A stretch of DNA of 61,630 bases, filler included. It is 4 parts of 4 records of this genome, joined end to end, with 100 filler letters (N's around TTAATTAATTAA, not from the genome) between each part and the next. Parts side by side here need not be neighbours in the genome. Positions count along the whole stretch, not along the records: positions 52,789 to 61,630 come from SRR20825019_1484; 3 more parts are not named here. One strand, 5' to 3'. The stretch's first letter is position 1. Each line of letters begins with the position of its first letter. The notes beneath the pieces were generated by a model. That model had not been told where the DNA came from and searched no databases. It saw only the letters and a program-made list of their open reading frames with translations. Position numbers and translations under genes: made by a program. Shown in pieces: positions 54,483-61,630 of this stretch.

Positions 54483-55478
54483 GTGAAATTAAAAGATTTT
54501 CTTTTTTTCATCATTTTCTTAAGTTTTATTTTAAGCTTAAAAGCTCAAGAGAGTAATCTAGACAGCATCTCTGTAGAAGTAGGGAATATTACTAAATATC
54601 CAGATAAAATAACCTTACGCGTAGGTCTTACTAACGAAGCAAATTCTTACGAGATTACCACTCCTTCGGAAGATTTTTCTGTTACTATTGCTCCAAATCA
54701 ACGTTTGCGCTCTAATATTTCATTACTATTTAGATTTATAGAAATAAATATAGGATACACTCCAGCCTTTTTAAAATTTAATGACGACAACGATGAAAAG
54801 GGAAAAACTACTTTTTTCAACATAGGGACACGTTTTTACTACAAAAAATGGATGCAAAACCTAGAATGGAACAAAACAAAAGGATTTTATGTAGACCTAA
54901 ACGATATTGCGCCTGGGGAACCAAATATAATATTTCCCGACTTTGAAGTGCTTAGAATTGGCGGAAATACTTCCTATATTTTTAATGACAACTTTTCTTT
55001 TAGAACTATTTTTAAACAAAATGAATGGCAAAAAAGAAGCGCAGGAAGTTTTGTGCCTACTTTGAGCTATTATTACTCCAGAATTTCTAACGACTCCTCT
55101 GATAAAGATAAATTTATAGACATCACCATCGGTCCTTCTTATTTCTACAATTGGGTAATTAACAAACGGTTTATAGTTACTTCTGGTGCACATTTGGGGG
55201 TTGGTTACAGCCACATAACTTCTAAATCTAATAATGTTACCACAAGCATGGATGGCTTAAATTACCAAGGGCAAGTAACCTTAGGTTTAGGATATAATAT
55301 TCCTAATTTCTTTACTGGTGTAAGTCTCAATTCTCAATCTTTTAACCATAATACAGATGGAAACAACAAACTTTCCGACCAACATGCGTATGTAGAATTC
55401 CATATTGGCTATCGGTTTGATGCTCCCAAGAAAGTATTAGAAAAAATGAATCAACTACAACAAAAAGTTGGTTTATAA
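54483..55478 (+). CDS. Outer-membrane beta-barrel protein (DUF4421-like)
   Basis: Signal peptide, Q.EWQKRSAGSF, aromatic alternating strands ending IGYRF. Confidence 0.75.
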   Translation: MKLKDFLFFIIFLSFILSLKAQESNLDSISVEVGNITKYPDKITLRVGLTNEANSYEITTPSEDFSVTIAPNQRLRSNISLLFRFIEINIGYTPAFLKFNDDNDEKGKTTFFNIGTRFYYKKWMQNLEWNKTKGFYVDLNDIAPGEPNIIFPDFEVLRIGGNTSYIFNDNFSFRTIFKQNEWQKRSAGSFVPTLSYYYSRISNDSSDKDKFIDITIGPSYFYNWVINKRFIVTSGAHLGVGYSHITSKSNNVTTSMDGLNYQGQVTLGLGYNIPNFFTGVSLNSQSFNHNTDGNNKLSDQHAYVEFHIGYRFDAPKKVLEKMNQLQQKVGL

Positions 55479-55513
55479 AAAAACAGCCACCTCATTTTGA
55501 GATAGCTGTTTTT
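55478..55513. terminator. Bidirectional intrinsic terminator
   Basis: AAAAACAGC.A.CTCA-loop-TGAGATAGCTGTTTTT between convergent genes. Confidence 0.75.
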
Positions 55514-55546
55514 AAAAATTTTAATCTGCTAATTCTAGCCTATTAT

Positions 55547-56155
55547 TTATTTTTTAGAAGCATAAAGTTCTGCTACTTTCTCCCAATTAATTACATTAAA
55601 AAATGCAGAGATATAATCAGGACGCTTGTTTTGGTAATTTAAGTAATAAGCGTGCTCCCAAACATCCAATCCTAAAATTGGATCTCCTCCGCAACCAACA
55701 CCTGGCATTAGAGAATTATCTTGGTTTGGTGTAGAGCAAACTTCTACTTTTCCACCTTTATGAACACATAACCATGCCCATCCAGAACCAAATCTAGTTC
55801 CAGCAGCTGTTGTAAAAGCTTCTTTAAATTTTTCAAAAGAACCAAAAGCGCTATTAATTGCTTCTGCTAATTCTCCAGATGGTTCTCCACCACCGTTTGG
55901 AGACATTACTTCCCAGAAAAGACTGTGGTTAAAAAATCCTCCCCCGTTATTTCTAACAGCACCATTATTCATGTCTAGATTTTTAAGAATCTCTTCAATA
56001 GATTTTCCTTCTAAATCTGTACCTTTAATAGCATCATTTAATTTGCTTGTATATCCTTGGTGATGTTTTGTATGGTGAATTTCCATAGTTCTTGCATCAA
56101 TATGTGGTTCTAATGCGTCGTATGCGTACGGTAATTTTGGTAAATCAAAAGCCAT
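55547..56155 (-). CDS. sodA: Superoxide dismutase, Mn/Fe family (Mn-type residues)
   Basis: [31 protein letters not shown]. Confidence 0.93.
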   Translation of the reverse strand: MAFDLPKLPYAYDALEPHIDARTMEIHHTKHHQGYTSKLNDAIKGTDLEGKSIEEILKNLDMNNGAVRNNGGGFFNHSLFWEVMSPNGGGEPSGELAEAINSAFGSFEKFKEAFTTAAGTRFGSGWAWLCVHKGGKVEVCSTPNQDNSLMPGVGCGGDPILGLDVWEHAYYLNYQNKRPDYISAFFNVINWEKVAELYASKK

Positions 56156-56272
56156 TTTTATCTTTTTTTAGTTAATAATATTAGTTCTTCAAATTTAAGA
56201 AAAAGCTTCGGAAAACATGGTAATAATTTGTTAATACCTCATAGAGTTTCCTTATTTTGCAATAAACTTTTT

Positions 56273-59200
56273 ATGTTGAATTCTGCACCTTTTCAAATAT
56301 ATAATGCCTCTGCTGGCTCTGGAAAAACTTTTACGCTTGTAAAAAAGTACTTAAGCATCCTTCTGAGTACTTCAAACATAGACACTTTCAAGCAAGTTTT
56401 GGCTATCACATTTACAAATAAAGCGGTAAATGAAATGAAGGAGCGGGTGCTAAATAATTTATATGAATTCTCTCAGGAGAGTATTCTAACCAAACCTACA
56501 CCCCTTTTTTCTATTATTAGTGAAGAACTTGCTATTTCTGAAGAAGAATTAAATGCTAGATCCAAGAAAATACTTACAAGAATTCTACACAACTATGCCT
56601 TTTTTGATATTGTAACAATTGATAAATTTAACCATAGATTGCTTCGAACTTTTGCATTTGATTTAAAACTCCCCACTAATTTTGAAGTTTCTTTAGACGA
56701 AAAAACATTAACCCATGAGGCGGTAGACAATCTAATCTATCAGGCAGGAAACAACAAACTTCTTACCGATGTTTTAATAGATTTTGCATTAGAAAAAACC
56801 GATGATGATAAAAGTTGGGATATCTCTAGAGAGTTAAACGAAATTGCCAAGCTACTTTCTAACGAAGAATACATACACCATATTGAAGCCTTAGAAAGCA
56901 AAAATTTAGAAGATTTTAAAGCGCTAGGAAAACAACTAAAAGAACTGATTGCTGAGCTGGAAACTGCAATTACAAGTAAAGCAAAAAACGTAATTGAAAA
57001 ATTACACTCAAATCAGCTTGATGCCTCCTCTTTTAACCGCGGAACTTTATATAATCATTTCATTAAAATAATTGAAAATAATATTGCTAGATTATATGAA
57101 AATAAGTTAGAAGAAAATTTAATTAACAATAGCCAACTATACACTAAAACCACCAACGACAGTATTAAGTCTACAATAGATGAGATAAGACCTTTTCTGT
57201 TAGAAAATTACTTAGAAATTAAAAATCACTTCGGTCAATTAAACTTTCTAAAAAACTTTTATAAAAATTTAGTTCCATTATCTCTTTTAAATGCTATAAA
57301 TGCGGAGCTTAATAAAATTAAAGAAGAACGTAACTTATTGTTAATCTCCGAATTCAATAGGCTCATTTCTTCTGCTATTGCCAACCAGCCTGCTCCCTTT
57401 ATTTATGAGCGCATTGGAGAGAAATACAAGCACTATTTTATAGACGAGTTTCAAGACACCTCTTCTATGCAATGGAAAAACATTCAACCTTTAATTTCTA
57501 ACGCGCTAGAAGCCGAATTACCAAGCGGAAAAACTGGAAGTTTAATGATTGTTGGAGATGCTAAACAGGCTATTTATAGATGGAGAGGTGGAAAAGCAGA
57601 ACAATTTATAGATTTGTACAATAAAAAGAATCCATTTCAAGCGGAAATAAATGTTGAAAATCTGCCTAAAAACTTCCGTAGTCATGACAAAATAGTAGAA
57701 TTCAACAACAACTTTTTTCAGCATATTTCTCAATACTTAAATAACGAAACCTATAGAGAACTGTTTGAAAAATACAGTAAACAAGAAACTAACAACAAAG
57801 CTGGAGGTTTTATTAATCTTACTTTTATAAACGAAAAAGAGAATAAAGAAAGTGAGGATAATCTCTATTGTACAGCCACTCAAAATGCCATTTCCTCATC
57901 TCTAGAAAAAGGATTTACATACAATGATATGTGTATTATAACTAGATCTAAAGCACAAGGAATTACTATTGCAAACTATCTAGCTGAACAAGAAATTCCA
58001 ATTATTTCTTCGGAGACTTTACTTCTTAAAAACGATAAAAAAGTAGCTTTTTTAATAGATTTAATTACGTATTTTAATCAACCATTAGACGCTGAAATTC
58101 ACTTAAAGATATTGCGTTTTTTAGCTGAAAAAAATAAGGTAGAAAACCTACACGAATATTACAGTAAAAAGCTCTCCGATATAAATTCAGTATTCGAAGA
58201 AGAGAACTTTAATACCAAATATTTCCTACAACTCCCTTTTTATAACGCAGTAGAATATGCTATTAATGCGTTTGAAATTAGTAATGGCAACGAAGCTTAC
58301 TTACAGTTCTTTTTAGATGAAATAATATCTTTTACACAAAACAACAACGACAGTTTGAGTAACTTTCTAGCCTATTGGGAACAAAAGCAAGATAGTTTAA
58401 GCATTGTGGCTCCATCGTCTTCAAATGCTATTCAACTAATGACCATCCATAAATCTAAGGGTCTTGAATTTCCTGTGGTAATTTATCCTTTTGCAAACAC
58501 TAGTATTTACGACTCTCGGAACTTTAATTTATGGTTTCCAGTTGATAAAAACCTTTTTGGAATAGACTACAGTCTCTTTAATTCTAAAAGCGCTATTGAA
58601 AACATAAACGACACAGGAAAACTGTTTGTTAAAGAGTATGAGGAAAAAGAAGAGCTCGATAATTTAAACCTATTATATGTTACATTAACGCGCGCTGTAG
58701 AGCAACTTCATATAATTTGCAAAAGAGAAATTAATACAAAAGGAGAGGAAAATGTAAAAACTTTTGCGGGACTCTTCATTAACTTTTTAAAAGCTGAAGG
58801 ACTTTGGAATGATAACAACACAGAATACACTCTTGGAGCTCCAGAAAAACATTCAGAAGTAAAAAAGAAACACTTGAGTACTTCTGAAGATATTCCGTTT
58901 ATATCCAATGCTTCCTTTGGAAACTCCTTTGAATTAATTACTAAAAGTGGCTCTCTATGGGATACAAAGCAGCAAAGAGCTATAGATAAAGGAAATATTT
59001 ATCATCATTTATTATCTAAAATATTCTTCAGTCATGATGTAATTCCAACCATTGAAGAGGCTATAGGAAATGGCTTAATTCCTGAGACTGAAAAAGAACA
59101 ATTTGAAAATTATCTTACAAATTTAACTCAACATCCTATGCTAGAAGCCTACTTTACTTCAGCATATAAAATTTTTAATGAACGTGAAATTATTACTGCC

Positions 59201-59401
59201 GATGGAGTTTTTCTTCGTCCAGATAGATTTGTTGTTAAAAACAACGAAGTAACTATTATTGATTATAAAACTGGTTCTTTTTCTGAAACTTATAAAAACC
59301 AAATAAAAGGATACGCAAGCGCTATTTCTGAAATTGGTTACGAAGTGAAAGAAAAATTATTGGTTTTCGTAAATGAGAATATTGAAATTATAAAGGTATA
59401 G
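56273..59401 (+). CDS. UvrD/AddA-like helicase with C-terminal PD-(D/E)XK nuclease
   Basis: ASAGSGKT, TFTNKA, DEFQD, GDAKQAIYRWRG, TIHKSKGLEF, YV.LTRA, RPDR..IIDYKTG. Confidence 0.92.
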   Translation: MLNSAPFQIYNASAGSGKTFTLVKKYLSILLSTSNIDTFKQVLAITFTNKAVNEMKERVLNNLYEFSQESILTKPTPLFSIISEELAISEEELNARSKKILTRILHNYAFFDIVTIDKFNHRLLRTFAFDLKLPTNFEVSLDEKTLTHEAVDNLIYQAGNNKLLTDVLIDFALEKTDDDKSWDISRELNEIAKLLSNEEYIHHIEALESKNLEDFKALGKQLKELIAELETAITSKAKNVIEKLHSNQLDASSFNRGTLYNHFIKIIENNIARLYENKLEENLINNSQLYTKTTNDSIKSTIDEIRPFLLENYLEIKNHFGQLNFLKNFYKNLVPLSLLNAINAELNKIKEERNLLLISEFNRLISSAIANQPAPFIYERIGEKYKHYFIDEFQDTSSMQWKNIQPLISNALEAELPSGKTGSLMIVGDAKQAIYRWRGGKAEQFIDLYNKKNPFQAEINVENLPKNFRSHDKIVEFNNNFFQHISQYLNNETYRELFEKYSKQETNNKAGGFINLTFINEKENKESEDNLYCTATQNAISSSLEKGFTYNDMCIITRSKAQGITIANYLAEQEIPIISSETLLLKNDKKVAFLIDLITYFNQPLDAEIHLKILRFLAEKNKVENLHEYYSKKLSDINSVFEEENFNTKYFLQLPFYNAVEYAINAFEISNGNEAYLQFFLDEIISFTQNNNDSLSNFLAYWEQKQDSLSIVAPSSSNAIQLMTIHKSKGLEFPVVIYPFANTSIYDSRNFNLWFPVDKNLFGIDYSLFNSKSAIENINDTGKLFVKEYEEKEELDNLNLLYVTLTRAVEQLHIICKREINTKGEENVKTFAGLFINFLKAEGLWNDNNTEYTLGAPEKHSEVKKKHLSTSEDIPFISNASFGNSFELITKSGSLWDTKQQRAIDKGNIYHHLLSKIFFSHDVIPTIEEAIGNGLIPETEKEQFENYLTNLTQHPMLEAYFTSAYKIFNEREIITADGVFLRPDRFVVKNNEVTIIDYKTGSFSETYKNQIKGYASAISEIGYEVKEKLLVFVNENIEIIKV

Positions 59402-59415
59402 TTCCAATAATCCTA

Positions 59416-59423
59416 TAACTTTG
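59416..59423 (+). promoter_or_regulatory. Bacteroidetes -7 element (TAACTTTG)
   Basis: TAnnTTTG 16 nt upstream of kbl. Confidence 0.55.
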
Positions 59424-59439
59424 CAAAAAACAGAATACC

Positions 59440-60633
59440 ATGTACGGAAAAATAAAAGAACACCTAGAACAAGAATTAGCCGATATTAAAGAGGCAGGAC
59501 TTTATAAGAAAGAACGCATTATAACGTCCAAACAAGGAGCAGAAATTACTGTTGATACTGGAGAAACGGTATTAAACTTTTGTGCAAACAATTACCTTGG
59601 CTTATCATCACACCCAGAGGTAATTCAGGCAGCAAAAGACACATTAGATTCTCATGGCTTCGGAATGTCTTCGGTACGCTTTATCTGTGGTACACAAGAC
59701 ATCCACAAGGAACTTGAGGGAAAAATAGCCGAATTCTACGGAACTGAAGACACCATTCTTTATGCAGCCGCTTTTGATGCTAATGGAGGTATTTTTGAAC
59801 CTTTACTAACTGCCGAAGATGCTATTATTTCAGATTCCTTAAATCATGCATCTATAATTGATGGGGTTAGATTATGCAAGGCAAAACGCTACCGTTATCA
59901 AAATAGCGATATGGCAGATCTCGAAAAACAATTACAACAAGCAAATGCAGACGGATCACGCTTTAAAATAATTGTAACAGACGGAGTATTTTCTATGGAC
60001 GGCTTGGTTGCTCCTCTGGATAAAATTTGTGATCTAGCAGACAAATATGATGCCTTAGTAATGATAGACGAATGTCATGCTACAGGTTTTATTGGAGAGA
60101 CAGGAAGAGGTACTTTGGAAGAAAAAGGAGTGCTAGATAGAATTGATATTATAACAGGAACCCTTGGAAAAGCACTTGGTGGGGCAATGGGTGGTTATAC
60201 TACCGGAAAGAAAGAAATTATAGAAATTTTACGTCAGCGTTCTCGTCCATATTTATTCTCAAATTCTCTAGCACCGAATATAGTTGGCGCATCAATAAAA
60301 GTTTTCGACATGTTGTCAAAAAGTACAGAACTTAGAGATAAACTTGAAGAAAACACAAAATATTTCAAAAAAGGAATGAAAAATGCGGGTTTTGATATCA
60401 TTGACGGAGATTCAGCAATAGTTCCAGTAATGCTTTATGATGCCAAATTATCGCAGACTATGGCCGATGAGCTTTTAGAAAAAGGAATATATGTTATAGG
60501 ATTTTTCTACCCTGTTGTACCTAAAGAAAAAGCTCGAATTAGAGTTCAATTATCGGCTGCGCATACCCGAGAACACTTGGATAGAGCCATAAATGCCTTT
60601 ACCGAAGTTGGGAAGAAATTAGGGGTAGTTTAA
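59440..60633 (+). CDS. kbl: Glycine C-acetyltransferase (2-amino-3-ketobutyrate CoA ligase)
   Basis: [41 protein letters not shown]. Confidence 0.96.
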   Translation: MYGKIKEHLEQELADIKEAGLYKKERIITSKQGAEITVDTGETVLNFCANNYLGLSSHPEVIQAAKDTLDSHGFGMSSVRFICGTQDIHKELEGKIAEFYGTEDTILYAAAFDANGGIFEPLLTAEDAIISDSLNHASIIDGVRLCKAKRYRYQNSDMADLEKQLQQANADGSRFKIIVTDGVFSMDGLVAPLDKICDLADKYDALVMIDECHATGFIGETGRGTLEEKGVLDRIDIITGTLGKALGGAMGGYTTGKKEIIEILRQRSRPYLFSNSLAPNIVGASIKVFDMLSKSTELRDKLEENTKYFKKGMKNAGFDIIDGDSAIVPVMLYDAKLSQTMADELLEKGIYVIGFFYPVVPKEKARIRVQLSAAHTREHLDRAINAFTEVGKKLGVV

Positions 60634-60742
60634 ACTACATCTCTTTTCATTTTAACTAAAAAATTATATATTTGTTTTTGTTAATAAGTTGTAACAACTT
60701 ACATTTGTCTTTAAATTAACACTTAAAATTAAATAATTGAAC

Positions 60743-61630
60743 ATGAAACATCTTAGCAAATTACTAGTTGCTGCGTTCCTTTTTGTAGGAATTAGCAACA
60801 TGAATGCTCAAGACCAAAACAATCCATGGCAAATCGCATTTGGGGTAAACGCAGTTGATGCATACCCAACAAATTCTGATAGACCATATGCTTCTGAAGC
60901 TTGGTTCGACGAGTATTTCAACGCAAGTGATCACTGGAACATCCTACCTTCTATTTCTTACGTATCTGTTTCTAAGTACGTAGGTAGTGGAATCTCTTTA
61001 GGAGTTCGTGGATCACTTAACAAAATTGAAAACCTTGGTGACACTAGTGTAGATGATTTATCTTACTACGGTGTAGATGGTACTATTAAGTACAACTTTA
61101 CTCAAGGTCATGTATTTGATCCATTCATCGAAATCGGTGGGGGTTATACATGGTTAGACGAAATTGGAGCTGGAACTCTTAACGGAGGTGTTGGTTTCAA
61201 TGTATGGTTTACTGAAAACCTTGGTCTTACTGTACAAACTGGATACAAGCATGTATTCGAAGATTACAGCACTCCTCACTTCCAACACTTAGCTGGTCTT
61301 GCTATCAAATTTGGTGGTACTGACTCTGACGGAGATGGTGTATACGATAAAGACGATGCTTGTCCTGAAGTTCCTGGTTTAAAAGCTTTCAACGGTTGTC
61401 CTGATTCTGACGGAGATGGTATCGAAGATTCTAAAGATGCTTGTCCTAACGAAGCTGGTACTGCTGACATGAATGGTTGTCCTGATTCTGACGGAGATGG
61501 TGTAGCTGATCCTCAAGATGAGTGTCCTAATACTCCAGGTCTTAAAGAATTAGCTGGATGTCCAGATGCTGACGGTGACGGTGTAGCTGATAAAGATGAT
61601 CAGTGTCCAGATGTTGCTGGTCCTGCTTCT
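60743..61630 (+). CDS. OmpA-family outer-membrane protein with thrombospondin type-3 repeats (3' truncated; absent from ORF track)
   Basis: MKHLSKLL signal peptide, beta-barrel region, then D.DGDG..D..D.CP...G....GCP repeats. Confidence 0.88.
   Translation, partial: MKHLSKLLVAAFLFVGISNMNAQDQNNPWQIAFGVNAVDAYPTNSDRPYASEAWFDEYFNASDHWNILPSISYVSVSKYVGSGISLGVRGSLNKIENLGDTSVDDLSYYGVDGTIKYNFTQGHVFDPFIEIGGGYTWLDEIGAGTLNGGVGFNVWFTENLGLTVQTGYKHVFEDYSTPHFQHLAGLAIKFGGTDSDGDGVYDKDDACPEVPGLKAFNGCPDSDGDGIEDSKDACPNEAGTADMNGCPDSDGDGVADPQDECPNTPGLKELAGCPDADGDGVADKDDQCPDVAGPAS
61321..61630 (+). repeat. Coding tandem repeats, 81-nt (27 aa) period
   Basis: GA(C/T)TCTGACGGAGATGGT recurring every 81 nt, about 4 copies. 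Confidence 0.85.

Overview
The window is not one locus. It is four unrelated contigs joined by 100-bp N/TTAATTAATTAA linkers (18583-18682, 31823-31922, 52689-52788). (1) 1-18582 is a Flavobacteriaceae-type housekeeping region: smpB, pcm, yggS, miaA, an OmpR-family two-component pair, coaE and others, with an orphan gene and a 42-bp-period repeat at its left edge. (2) 18683-31822 is a GC-richer, compact eukaryotic (protist-like) contig with ~50-nt GT-AG introns. It encodes a TspO-like membrane protein, coatomer epsilon, SECIS-binding protein 2, an MPPED-type metallophosphoesterase, an orphan coiled-coil protein, and a spliced gene that looks like a tetraether-lipid-synthase (Tes/GDGT-MAS) family homolog lacking its radical-SAM cysteine motif. 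(3) 31923-52688 is an AT-rich Rickettsiales-like contig: tRNA-Gly-tuf-S10-spc-alpha ribosomal cluster, rpsT, cyclophilin, plsC, alr-mlaE-mlaF, and an ankyrin-repeat protein with a C-terminal F-box-like motif. (4) 52789-61630 is a second Flavobacteriaceae-type contig: metalloprotease, superoxide dismutase, AddA-like helicase-nuclease, kbl and a TSP3-repeat OmpA-type protein. All family calls come from motif recognition by eye; no database search was run.
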